Shown piece by piece: positions 34,201 through 46,541 of a stretch of DNA of 64,000 nucleotides. The DNA is taken from NCBI GenBank assembly GCA_030141605.1, contig JAQGDQ010000792.1:31272-95271 (forward strand), read 5' to 3'. The notes beneath the pieces are model-generated. The model was not told where the DNA came from, made no database searches, and was given only the letters and a program-made list of their open reading frames with translations. Numbering within the stretch: the stretch's first letter is position 1; the number at the start of each line of letters is the position of its first letter. The DNA comes from Tubiluchus corallicola. Taxonomy: Eukaryota > Animalia > Priapulida. The position numbers were made by a program, and so were the translations under genes.

Positions 34201-35190
34201 ACCAAGGTGGTGTGTGGAGAACCTTAATTTCCCAGATGCAGTTATTGTTGAAGGCAACGAACCAAAGATTGACTTGTGCATTTTATCTCACTGTGATCAT
34301 GTGATAATGACTGTTGGAACATTTGGCTGGTGGGCCGGTTATCTTTGCAAAGGAACGGTTGTCTATGACAGGGATTCAGCGGAGCCTGGATCCCTTTTTG
34401 ACTCTTTGCTACGAGTTGACGATCGCTATCCTGAAGAATGGATTGCAATGTAGAATTGTAGTTGACAAGGCAAATGGACTAATGTAGCAAAAATACATGT
34501 ATGTACGTACACTAGTTATATTCAGCTCAACACTTGTGAGATTTTCTTTACTGTCGCCAAAAATACCTACAGCAACAGTGTCAGGTCAATACAACTGTCA
34601 AAAATACCTACAACAACAGTGTCAGGTCAATACAACTGTCAAAAATACCTACAACAACAGTGCCAGGTCAATAGCACCGTCAAAAATACCTACAACGACA
34701 GCGTCAGGTTAATGCCCTCGTCAAAAATACGTACAAGAACAGTGCAGGTAAATGTGGTTGCCGAAAAGACCTTCAAATCAATATACGTGTTGCTGGGAAC
34801 TTTAGTCATGTTCAGTATGTCAGTTGTAGAATTTTTTCAAAAGTTGGCATTGATGTTAATAGTGTTGAAAAAAATCATGCTTATGGAGTTAAATTAAGAC
34901 TTTATGCCATATGAATACTTTTAAAGCATTCTCAGGCAAGGCCTAAGCGAAGCCCGGGGAAGTGGGGTGTGTGAGGCCCCTTGGGGGGAGAGGGGGCGAA
35001 GCGCCGGGGAGCAGGCGCCACCCAGAAAATGTTTGAACTGCTAGAACACCGGAGAAGTATTTTCGAAGAGAAAATATGGAATTATACAGTTGTAAGGGAA
35101 AGAACAATTGAAAGAAAAACTGCTTTATTCTCAAGATCAGTCCTTAAAACTTGTCAATACTGGCAAACGGCGCGCGTGCGGGCAAGAGAG

Positions 35191-35257
<67 letters not shown>

Positions 35258-38200
35258 GCAGTATGTTCGCATAAAGCAAAAAAAAAACCTCGGCGTGGGG
35301 CCCCCCTGGAGGGTGAGGCCCCGGGGAAGTATCCCCACTTCCCCCCTTGAAATAGGGCCTGTTCTCAGGAGAATATTGTTGACTTTCAGCAAAAAATCTT
35401 TATTTTACCCAAAACTGCCATGGTCGCGTATTTTGGACTTCGCTGCTGCTGGTCAATGAGTAATAATGCGTGTTGGTGACTCAGCTAGAATAGCCCATTT
35501 ATAAGGTGATGCCTAGAAGGGTCATTGTCAATAAAAATAACGACACAAAAGCTACTTTCCGTGACTTTCCGCCTACTGGGAAATTGGATTTTAAGAAAAG
35601 ACAGAAATTTGACGAAAAATTTGATACTTTAAAATGGGAGAAGCGCTGAATGTCCTATATTCATAAATTACCTTTTCTTTAGTAACCAAAACCGAAAAAG
35701 CGTGAGTAGAAAGTGAAACGTATTCATGTATAGAACAGTCATGTGTAGAACATGCATGTATAGAACAGTCATTCATGTATAGAACAGTCATGTGTAGAAC
35801 ATTCATGTATATAACGTATTCATGTATAGAACAGTCATGTGTAGAACATTCATGTATATAACGTATTCATGTATAGAACATTCATGTATAGAACGTATTC
35901 ATGTATAGAACGTATTCATGTATAGAACATTCATGTATAGAACGTATTCATGTATAGAACATTCATGTATAGAACGTATTCATGTATAGAACATTCATGT
36001 ATAGAACGTATTCATGTATAGAACATTCATGTGTAGAACATTCATGTGTAGAACATTCATGTATAGAACATTCATGTATAGAACGTATTCATGTATCGAA
36101 CATTCATGTATAGAACATTCATGTATAGAACGTATTCATGTATCGAACATTCACGTATAGAACATTCATGTATAGAACGTGTTCATGTATAGAACATTCA
36201 TGTATAGAATATTCATGTATAGAACGTATTAATGTATAGAACATTCATGTATAGAACGGTCATGTATAGAACATTCATGTATAGAACGTATTCATGTATC
36301 TAACATTCATGTATAGAACATTCATGTATAGAACATTTATGTATAGAACGTGTTCATGTATAGAATATTCATGTATAAAACAGTTATACATAGAACGTAT
36401 TCAAGTATAGAACGTATTCATGTATAGAACAGTCATGTATAGAACATTCATGTACAGAACATACTCATGCATAGAACACTCATGTATACAACGGATTCAT
36501 GTATAGAACAGTCATGTATAGAACGTATTCATGTATAGAACAGTCATGTATAGAACGTATTCATGTATAGAACATTATACTTCTATACAGTCATAGTATA
36601 AATTAATTTATGTCTAACAAACAGTTTATTGTAAATTTCTTTGTAATATGTTTCTAAGTTCAACCGATAACAATAAAATATGTCCAACGTCCTAAATAAG
36701 TTGTCTTTTCCTTTAATTTTTAGTCGTGAATAAGTCAAACATTAGAATATAAGTTAAAAATTGCTTTCCTGTATGTAAGCGCAAAACGCAGACCCTATAA
36801 CTTTCTTCTTCAAACGACACTCTACTTTTATTTATTTATTTTTTCTTTGTTTGTTTGTTTATTTGTTTGTGTGTTTATTTGTTTGTTTGTTTGTATGTGT
36901 GTATGTATGTCTGACCGTCTATCTGCTCAGACAATAAACTTGCCGGTTTTCTACAGACAATAAACTTGCCGTTTTTCTACACACAAAAAACTTACCGTTT
37001 TTCTACAGACAGTAAACTTGCCGTTTTTCTACAGACAATAAACTTACCGTTTTTCTACAGACAATAAACTTGCCGTTTTGTAAAGACAATAAACTTGCCG
37101 TTTTTCTACAGACAAAAAACTTACCGTTTTTCTACAGACAATAAACTTGCCATTTTTCTACACACAAAAAACTTGCCGTTTTTCTAGAGACAATAAACTT
37201 GCCATTTTTCTAGAGACAAGAAACTTGCCGTTTTTCTACAGACAATAAACTTGCCGTTTTTCTAGAGACAATAAACTTGCCGTTTTTCTAGAGACAAAAA
37301 ACTTGCCATTTTTCTAGAGACAAAAAACTTGCCGTTTTTCATTGCCGTTTTTCTAGAGACAAAAAACTTGCCATTTTTCTAGAGACAATAAACTTGCCGT
37401 TTTTCTACAGACAATAAACTTGCCGTTTTTCTACAGACAATAAACTTGCCGTTTTTCTACAGACAATAAACTTGCCGGTTTTCTACAGACAATAAACTTG
37501 CCGTTTTTCTACAGACAATAAACTTGCCGTTTTTCTACAGACAATAAACTTGCCGTTTTTCTACAGACAATAAACTTGCCGTTTTTCTACAGACAATAAA
37601 CTTGCCGTTTTTCTACAGACAATAAACTTGCCATTTTTCTACAGACAATAAACTTGCCGTTTTTCTACAGACAATAAACTTGCCGGTTTTCTACAGACAT
37701 AAAACTTGCCGTTTTTCTACAGACAATAAACTTGCCGTTTTTCTACAGACAATAAACTTGCCGTTTTGTAAAGACAATAAACTTGCCGTTTTTCTAGAGA
37801 TAAAAACTTACCGTTTTTCTACAGACAATAAACTTGCCGTTTTTCTACAGACAAAAAACTTGCCGTTTTTCTACAGACAAAAAACTTGCCGTTTTTCTAC
37901 AGACAATAAACTTACCGTTTTTCTACAGACAAAAAACTTGCCGTTTTTCTACAGACAATAAACTTGCCGTTTTTCTACAGACAATAAACTTGCCATTTTT
38001 CTACAGACAATAAACTTGCCGTTTTTCTACAGACAATAAACTTGCCGGTTTTCTACAGACAATAAACTTGCCGTTTTTCTACAGACAATAAACTTGCCGT
38101 TTTTCTACAGACAATAAACTTGCCGTTTTTCTACAGACAATAAACTTGCCATTTTTCTACAGACAATAAACTTGCCGTTTTTCTACAGACAATAAACTTG

Positions 38201-39525
38201 CCGTTTTTCTACAGACAAAAAACTTGCCGTTTTTCTACAGACAATAAACTTGCCGTTTTTCTACAGACAATAAACTTGCCGTTTTTGCAAAAGCTTTTCT
38301 AGAGTCTACAGACAATAAACTTGCCGTTTTTCTACAGACAAAAAACTTGCCGTTTTTCTACAGACAAAAAACTTGCCGTTTTTCTACAGACAATAAACTT
38401 ACCGTTTTTCTACAGACAATAAACTTGCCATTTTTCTAGAGACAAAAACTTGCCGTTTTTCTACAGACAAAAAACTTGCCGTTTTTCTACAGACAATAAA
38501 CTTGCCGTTGTTCTAGAGACAATAAACTTACCGTTTTTGTAAAGACAAGAAACTTGCCGTTTTTCTACAGACAATAAACTTGCCGTTTTTCTACAGACAA
38601 TAAACTTGCCGTTTTTGTAAAGACAATAAACTTGCCGTTTTTCTAGAGATAAAAACTTACCGTTTTTCTACAGACAATAAACTTGCCGTTTTTCTACAGA
38701 CAATAAACTTGCCGTTTTTCTACAGACAAAAAACTTGCCGTTTTTCTACAGACAATAAACTTGCCGTTTTTCTAGAGACAATAAACTTGCCGTTTTTCTA
38801 CAGACAATAAACTTGCCATTTTTCTAGAGACAAAAAACTTGCCATTTTTCTAGAGACAAAAAACTTGCCATTTTTCTAGAGACAAAAACTTACCGTTTTT
38901 CTACAGACAATAAACTTGCCATTTTTCTAGAGACAATAAACTTGCCGTTTTTCTAGAGACAAAAAACTTGCCATTTTTCTAGAGACAAAAAACTTACCGT
39001 TTTTCCAGAAACTATTGCCGTTTTTCTACAGACAAAAAACTTGCCGTTTTTCTACAGACAAAAAACTTGCCATTTTTCTAGAGACAATAAACTTGCCGTT
39101 TTTCTAGAGACAAAAACTTGCCGTTTTTCTACAGACAATAAACTTGCCGTTTTTCTACAGACAAAAAACTTGCCGTTTTTCTACAGACAATAAACTTGCC
39201 GTTTTTCTACAGACAATAAACTTGTCGTTTTTCTACAGACAAAAAACTTGCCGTTTTTCTACAGACAATAAACTTGCCATTTTTCTAGAGGCAAATACTT
39301 ACCGTTTTTCTACAGACAATAAACTTGCCGTTTTTCTACAGACAAAAAACTTGCCGTTGTTCTAGAGACAATAAACTTACCGTTTTTCTAGAGACAAAAA
39401 CTTGCCGTTTTTCTACAGACAATAAACTTGCCGTTTTTCTACAGACAAAAAACTTGCCGTTTTTCTAGAGACAATAAACTTACCGTTATCAAAACAAGTG
39501 AGAGAACCAGTGCCTTCCCTTCCAT
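25896..39525 (-). CDS. Secreted low-complexity Q/N/Y/G-rich protein A (~562 aa); exons 39525-39484, 30359-30204, 27386-25896
   Basis: GCCACCATGG start; MEGKALVLSLVLIT|LLLPGGYLQ forms a signal peptide. Both introns are phase 0 and GT-AG. The 1.5-kb open terminal exon holds 12x YQNQ(N/D)N hexapeptides and a polybasic RRNRRKNRRR tract. Extra small exons cannot be excluded. Confidence 0.82.
27785..28372. repeat. Compound tri/hexanucleotide microsatellite (GTT/GTC/ATC/ATT/CATTAT)
   Basis: Directly visible. Confidence 0.93.
30401..31752. repeat. 59-bp minisatellite, ~23 near-identical copies
   Basis: Unit tatagagtgtaaaatattaatgtctaccgtcaaaaaagtgaatttttggattttttaat. Confidence 0.97.
32390..33189 (+). 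repeat. Direct repeat copy 1: ~150-bp unique head plus 15/17-bp (tcatgtatagaac[gt]at) minisatellite
   Basis: The head ctactgggaa...aagaaaagacagaaatttga...gcgtgagtagaaa recurs at 35573. Confidence 0.9.
33413..34453 (+). pseudogene. GT11 alpha-1,2-fucosyltransferase (FUT1/FUT2-like), intronless catalytic region, apparently disabled
   Basis: Motifs GLGNKMF, VGVHVRRGD, F+VASD...WC and DL..LSHCDH.IMTVGTFGWWAGYL. ORFs 33413-33802 and 33821-34453 are in the same frame, separated by TAA at 33800-33802. The best TM anchor (RTRLLVLVLLLF) lies in another frame and joins if one T is removed from the T6 run at 33503-33508. Confidence 0.85.
34555..34750. repeat. ~41-bp minisatellite, 4-5 diverged copies
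   Basis: Unit caaaaatacctacaacaacagtgtcaggtcaatacaactgt. Confidence 0.8.
34939..35360. mobile_element. GC-rich MITE related to 15901-16110, with an internal (GA)n tract
   Basis: Ends aggcctaagcg...aatagggcctg; shares internal sequence with the 15.9-kb copy. Confidence 0.7.
35573..36576 (+). repeat. Direct repeat copy 2: same head plus 15/17-bp minisatellite
   Basis: Colinear with 32390-33189, with scattered substitutions. Confidence 0.9.
36927..39487. repeat. 26-bp minisatellite, roughly 95-100 copies, abutting exon 1 of protein A
   Basis: Unit acaataaacttgccgtttttctacag; the last unit overlaps the splice donor at 39482-39483. Confidence 0.97.
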
Positions 39526-39973
39526 GGTGGCACACGAACAAACAATATTCAAAACTTTGAAAAGCGGTCAGCTAGAATGCGACCAACTTCGAGTGTAAAA
39601 ATGTTTTATAGATACGAACTATAACAGCTGAATGATTACATCACAAATTAACGACCCATTTTCATATTTCCGGGTTTAGCTCGAAGATTTTCCCGCCCCC
39701 CGGCTAGTGAATATCATTCTGTGCTAGGCGAAAATTAATATTATTAAATAATTTGATAACCATCACGGAAACACGGTGCGAAAGAATTTTGTTTAAATGC
39801 TTCCTATGGTGATTGTTTCGTCTTAAACGCCACTCGACACTACGTAGAATGTTCGCGCGTGATTGACTGTTGGTGAATGACAGCCTTGCACACGCAACTG
39901 GGAGTGAAAGTAAACAAGGAAAACATAAGGAGAATTCAAAAATTTGCAGAATGGTGAAATGTTCTTGACAGCT

Positions 39974-42151
39974 TTAACCCTTAGCCGCGCAAGGTGGGGT
40001 AAAAATTACCCCAGCTGTGTTTGCTCGCATTTTTATAAGTAAAAATTTTCAAACCAGCAATGATTAAATATTTTTTTATGAAAACCAATGTAAAAATTGG
40101 TCCTTGAAATGCGATAACCACAGTGGTTATGCTAGGTACTAGCACATGTCTTTAGGTTGTACTGAAGTATATCGCAAAGCAACGGCCGACCAGCAAGTGG
40201 CACATGGCAATTGTTAGTAATGTAGTTTGTACTAGAGAGAAAAGAATTATTTAATAAATGTGAAAAAAGAAAAGTAAGGTAGGTCAGTAAGAACAGGACA
40301 GCGCTAAAAAACAGTTTGGAGAAAGAAGGTCATGGGAGTAGGTTCACACATCATAGTTTTAGTTTTTTGAGAGGTGATTATATTTTCATTTTTGCAGAAG
40401 TGTAATTAATAATTATAAAATGGTTTCTGTTAATGGAGAGAAATTTTGTATACGTATAGTTATAATATTTTGCAAGGAATATGTTATGAAAGGTGTAAGG
40501 AATACAAAACGACAAATACAAATACAGGTTTTTGGAGTCATCAGGAGGAACTTGAGAGTCGAATTTCGGCTGCTAACTCCTCTCATATTAAATATTTTTC
40601 AATTTGTTATGCAAACCTGCTATAGAAAATGCCCTCCTTTTATGTTCCGAGTAGCCCTTCTATCATTTCATTGATGATTAAATTTAACAAACAACTTTAC
40701 CTTTACGAGGGGGAAGTGGGCGTCCCCTCTCTGATATCCAGCTTGTTTCAGAAAAGACAGACAACCTGCAAACAACAAACTCAGGCAGGCGAAAACAAAA
40801 GCTTCAGACACGTGGATTAATAAGAACTCTAAATGGTTTTATTAAAACTCATAAAGATATACAAAATAACACCAAACTCTGTAAAAATTTAACACAAAAG
40901 CGGTTTTCTTTCCGCCTGCTAAGAAAAGTAGTTCCCCAACTCCTCCGCCTATTTGCCAAATAGTTCCACATTAGCAAAAAAGAAGAAAATTGTTGTTCCC
41001 TACGTTTCCCGCGAACATTTAACTGATTCGCGACACCTGCTGCGGTTTTGTTGAAAACTATTATTCTTTCTTTTTTACAAGGCACGAGTGCCAAGCACTA
41101 CCTCGTGGGAGGTAATTTATTGCCCCACTTGGACTTTTATGGAGGCGAAATTTTTGAGATAACAGAGGAATATTTTTCTTTCTGACACCACCAAATGTTG
41201 ACCTTGACAACCGAAAAGTGCTGCAAACCTCTCAATTCCAGCCTGCAGTTCTGCAAAATGATTTTTCTAACTGCTGAGGAAACTTCATATTAAAATTAGT
41301 GGACATTCTTCGTTTAGTAATATGGCGGGAATTTTTGCTGTGGAGGTAGCTAAGCTTAAAGGAACGACCATTGTTTAGACTCAATCTCATTTAAATTTAC
41401 TGTCCAAAATATACATTTTCTTGCTTATAAAAGTTAGCAATTGTTTCCTATATTTGTATAATTAACTTAGAAATTTAATTAACGGCAACCGAACACATCT
41501 ATTGCTTACGTCAGAAACTAACCACAGTTTGTGCAACGGCAGGCATCAAGCATGTTAGCGTAAGTGTTACTGTTTAAACGCGTGATGTCACGAAAATTGG
41601 TTCTACGTCATTTGACGTCAGAAACTAACACTGCAGTTCATGATCATGATTATCACGGTACCGCCTTCTATTTGTCGACCATGCAAATGTGACAAAAAGG
41701 CGCCGTTGCCAATCTTAGTAGATTCACTGAGCTGCGGGTAGCTTTGAAAGTTTAACGAAATTTGAGTATCCGAGGTAATTATTATTTAATCTAAGTTTTG
41801 ATTTAAAAAAAGCTATTGTAGTTTTCCATATTTTAGAGCATTCTTTATTGCGAACTCTCGTTTACACAATCATCCGGTTTTCCCTTAGAGCTGATGATAC
41901 GCTGAATATGAAATTTCAGAAGCTAAATGTCTCAGAGTTAAACAATGAACATCATTAGTCCTAATACGTCACAACAAATCTAGGACAACTTGACCCAGAA
42001 CTTGATTTTCCACTACCAGGAGCACCTCAGTTGCTAGTTGGTCATTCTATCCAGTTAGTAACACATAATAAACAAAATTTTCACGGGGTAATTTGTTACC
42101 CCGCTGGGTTTTTATTGTAATATAAAAACCCCTTGCTCGGCTAAGGGTTAA
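39974..42151. mobile_element. Non-autonomous piggyBac-like element, ~2.2 kb
   Basis: TTAA|cccttagccgcgcaagg ... ccttgctcggctaaggg|TTAA (17-bp TIR, 1 mismatch), with subterminal ggggtaa..ttacccc palindromes at both ends and no transposase ORF. Confidence 0.85.
41356..41888 (+). mobile_element. MITE family B copy nested in the piggyBac-like element
   Basis: ttaaaggaa...catccggtttcccttag; similar to 5702-6172. Confidence 0.72.
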
Positions 42152-44202
42152 CAGAAATTGCGTAACTTACAAAAATTTCGTGCAAAACCAGGGGCGGATA
42201 CAGGTTTTAGAAAAATGGTGGGCCCAACAGAAAAGCAATTCGAGGGTCTGGGGGCAGCGTAAGCTCCACTGCGAGGTACACCCGGACAGCAATGCATTTT
42301 GCTGCATTTCAGGCCACTTTTCTGCCTTCTAGAAACCACCTCCTCTAGGAAGCTCACTAGTTTAGAACAGGTGTCACCTCACCTTTGACTCAAAATTACA
42401 TACCAATATATTCATATACACTATACAGCATACATGATGTACATAACTTTCATCTGTTCTCTTGTAATATATGATTTTTACAGATATAAGGCACCTCTAG
42501 GATCTAACAAATTGTTCTAACGCTTGTAATTCAGAGAAAATATTAATTTGGTGTGTTGTAATTGTTACTGTGAAAGGGAGGACTTAGCCACCCCCTAAAT
42601 CCGCCAATGAATATAATAACAGACAGGCAGTGATCTGGTCAAACATTTAATCTCTTGCTGTCATCCATGTCACACAGTCACCTTTTGTATTGCTCATGTT
42701 ACCGTTTCCTTTTACCAACGTATAAAGGTGCCTAATGAATAATAAATAAATAAATTACGTGAGATGAGAACGTGGTGTTGAAGCGTTTTTGGCGGGGTTT
42801 CCCAGCCCACATGTGGCATTTGTAAGCAGTATGGGACACATTATATATACATTATATATAGGTATATATAGCTAAGGACACATAATAACCGTTTCTTCTG
42901 CTCCTAAATTAATAATTTCCATCGTTTCTTTCATTTTATTTCTTCAGTTTTAACAGTTTTAACAGCCTTATTGTCTTTTCTGGAATTGTTATTACTATAT
43001 GCTTCTTATCTTTTTGTTTCAACACCAGATGGAAACACTTGTCCAGACATACCTCACAGCTTGAATCACGTGATCAATACAATCTGAGATCTATCATATT
43101 TTTAACCTGCTCTTGTTGAAAAGTTGATTGTTAAAGTAGTCATTTTATGTATTTCCTGATGCAAAGCTGCCACATGTAGTCGTCAGCAAAACTCCTAATT
43201 TTACAATAATAATGGTGGTGACGGTGGTGACGGTGGTGGTGACGGTGGTGACGGTGGTGGTGCTGATGGTGGTGGTGCTGATGGTAGTGTTGGTGGTGGT
43301 AGCTAAGATGATAACGATTTGTATTGGCGGGTCGGTTGGCTGACCTGTTGGTAAACGAGTCACTTAGTCGGTCAGTCAGTTAGTCATTCAGTCAGTCACC
43401 ACTTGGGCTAATCTCAGCGTTAGGTAGTCACTCCTCGGTTACTTATGCTCGCTCGGTTAATCTATCAGTCAGTTAGTCGCTTAGTAGGTCGGTCAGTGAG
43501 TCAGTTGCTCAGTCGGTTAATCTATCAGTCAGTTAGTAGGTCGGTCAGTGAGTCAGTTGCTTAGTCGGCTTAATCACTCACTCAATCAAATCATTAGAAA
43601 CTTTGATTGCTACTCGACAGAAGTGAAAAAGTTTTTCTTTATCATTGTTTGCAGACAGAGACACTGAAATCTTGAACGAATCCTGAATTTATTCCATCTT
43701 GTATTTTGTATTTATATTTATACCTCCAACACAAAAAATACAATTACAGAAAAAATGCACAAAAATATAATCGTAATTACAGTACGTCACAAATTAACAC
43801 GTTCTTTACAGAGTTCTTTTACAGAGTTCGCATCTACCATTTCCTGCAATTGTTTATTAAACTTAACTTTTTAATTTTGAATGACTCAATCAATTAGTCA
43901 CTCAGACAGCTAATCGCTCTGTCAGGCAGTCAGTCAGACACTCAATTAGTTACAGTCAGTCGGTCATATTTGTATTTATGTGAATTTGTTTGTTTATTTA
44001 TTTATTTATTTATAATTGTTATTATTTTTTCTGTTCTTAGCATACTTTTATTTGTAATTTTTTGAAATAAAGTAATAAATCATATCAAACAGTCAGTCCG
44101 TCAGTTAGTTCGTCTGTATGTCTGTCTATCTGCCTGCCTGCCTGTCTGTCTGTCTATCTGCCTCTCTGTCTGTCTCTCTATTTGTCAGTCAGTCAGTCAG
44201 TC

Positions 44203-45590
44203 TGACAAAAATAAGGAAATTACAGCCAAGAATAATTATAGGCCAATAGCACTATCCACAGTGTCGAGCAAATTATTAGAAATTTTGTTTTTAAGCAGAT
44301 ACGGTAACTCAATTCAATCAACACCAAATCAGTTCGGCTACGTGAATGAACTGGGTACCGAAATGTGTTTGTATACCATGAAAGAAGTTATTGACTATTA
44401 CATTCAACGCCAGAGTCCAGTACACATATTGTTCTTAGATGCATCTAAAGCTTTTGACCGGGTAAATTACTACAAAATGTTTCTAAAACTGGTCGATACT
44501 GATATGCCTAACATTATTATAAGATTATTAGCCTTTTACTACTCTCGACAAACCATGTTTGTGAGGTGGGGAAATTTTTGCTCTAGCACATTTAAAGTCG
44601 CAAATGGTGTTCGGCAGGGTGCAAAAATGTCACCCATACTATTTAACTTATATTTCAGAGACTTGAGTTCTGACCTCACATCTACCGGTCTAGGTTGTCA
44701 GATAGGTGGTACTTATATAAATCACCTTATGTTTGCTGATGATGGATGTTTACTAGCATCCACTACCACTGCTTTACAAACTTTAGTTGATATGTATGTT
44801 GATTACGCAAATAGTCATGACATAGTAATAAACGTCGACAAGACTAAACTCATAACAATTACACCCCCCAGTATGTGTGGGTTCAATTTCAGTTCACCTG
44901 AGGTAGCCGGTAAAATAATTATACCGTGTGAAACAGAAAAGTATCTTGGCCATATCATCACCAGTGATAACAAAGATGACATGGATGTTATCAGACAACG
45001 AAGTCTGTTTTGTGCTAGAGCGAACCGTATTCTTAGAAAATTTCATCATTGTTCACCTAATGTCAAAACTCATCTGTTCAACTCTTATTGTAATTCTTTC
45101 TACGGTATGGCCACCTGGCGACATTTTTATAACTACAGTCTCAGCAAACTTAAAGTAGCTCACAATATTTCAAAACGCAAACTTTTCAACTACCCATATG
45201 ATTATAGTTCTAGGACCATTTCAGTAGACCACGACGTTTTATACTTTGATGTAATACATAGGAAAACTGCATACAGTCTATACATTAGAGTAATGCAAAG
45301 CTGAAATGTTCTTATAAACGCATTGAATAACAGTGACGCATTTTACACTTCAGACATAAGAGACCAGTGGAGGAAAGTGTTAGGTAGAAATTATGGGTAA
45401 CGATCCAGGCTGGAAGTATGATATTGTATATATTTATATATATATATATATTGTACTGTTATTTTATTTATTTATGTATTAATTTGCATGTGTTGAGAGG
45501 AGGTGTTGTACTTATTGTATGTCTTGTAATTATTGTATGTTATATATTCTATGAACTTGGTTCGAAATAAAGAGTTAAATCAAAATCAAA
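44203..45590 (+). mobile_element. 5'-truncated non-LTR retrotransposon (LINE), reverse transcriptase region plus 3' UTR
   Basis: NYRPIAL, NQFGY, FLDASKAFDRV, GVRQG..SP.LF, FADD and KYLG motifs in ORF 44261-45304. A probable premature TGA sits at 45302, followed by aataaa and an aatcaa tail. No endonuclease domain; clade not determined. Confidence 0.93.
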
Positions 45591-45919
45591 TGAGTCAGTC
45601 AGTCAATCAGTCAGTCAGTCAGTCAGTCAGTCAGTCAGTCAGTCAGCCAGCCAGTCAGTCAGTCAGTCAGTCAGTCAATCGTTTAGGCAAGAAAGGTGGA
45701 GAACGTTACTTGATCATTCAATGGGCCTCGAAGGGTCCTATAATTATAGTTTCATATCCATACAGTGTAACACATTAATCAGAATAGTAACTTTTATTCG
45801 TAAGAAATAAATAGAAACTTTCAATTTGCTTTGATATTTAACAGTAAACATTCTTTGCAATTTAGGTGTGATATCAGATGCAACATTTATTACCAGTTGG
45901 CAGTATTTAACACTAGCAA

Positions 45920-46078
45920 TGCAGTAACAACAACAACAGCAACAACAACGACAACAGCAACAACTACAACAGCAACAACAACGACAACAACAACGACAAC
46001 AACAACAAAAACAATACCAGCACCGCCAACAACAACAACAACAACAACGACAACAATAACAACAGCAACAACAAAACA
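45920..46078. repeat. (AAC)n microsatellite
   Basis: Directly visible. Confidence 0.9.
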
Positions 46079-46541
46079 AGAGGGAGGACAATGCAGAACA
46101 GCACAGAACAAAACAGCATTATGAGAGCAGCGTTCACTGGTAGATGTCTAATAGCCTATTTACATAATAAGTATTTGCTGAAACGGTTTACTTAAACTAG
46201 TTTAAAAAGCTTTTTCCAGCGTTGCAAACACACAATAAATTTATTATCGTGGTATATTGCAATTAATGTCAGTACACATCACTACAATGTACATCTGCTA
46301 ACTTTACTTGGCACTGTGCCAATAAGCGGACTGGTTATGTAAACCGAGCAAATGAGTAAACCGCTTCAGTATGAAGTGATTGTGAGTACGTAAACTTAAA
46401 TTTCGCCGAGGTCAACAAGCAAAATAGTGTTTAGATGTTTACACTTCTACAACTTTCCTAAAACTTTATATTAATACCACATAATTAATAATTACATCAT
46501 GAGCAAAAATAAATAAAAATATTTTTTTATTAATTTTTTGT

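Noticed and set aside
33413-34453. Horizontal transfer of a bacterial GT11 gene
   Set aside because: The TM-anchor remnant and the GTFGWW/CDH motifs fit animal FUT1/2-like enzymes, which often have an intronless catalytic region; a phylogeny is needed to exclude HGT fully.
44261-45304. RT as a retron, DGR or domesticated gene
   Set aside because: Typical LINE motifs, 5' truncation and a 3' simple-repeat tail.
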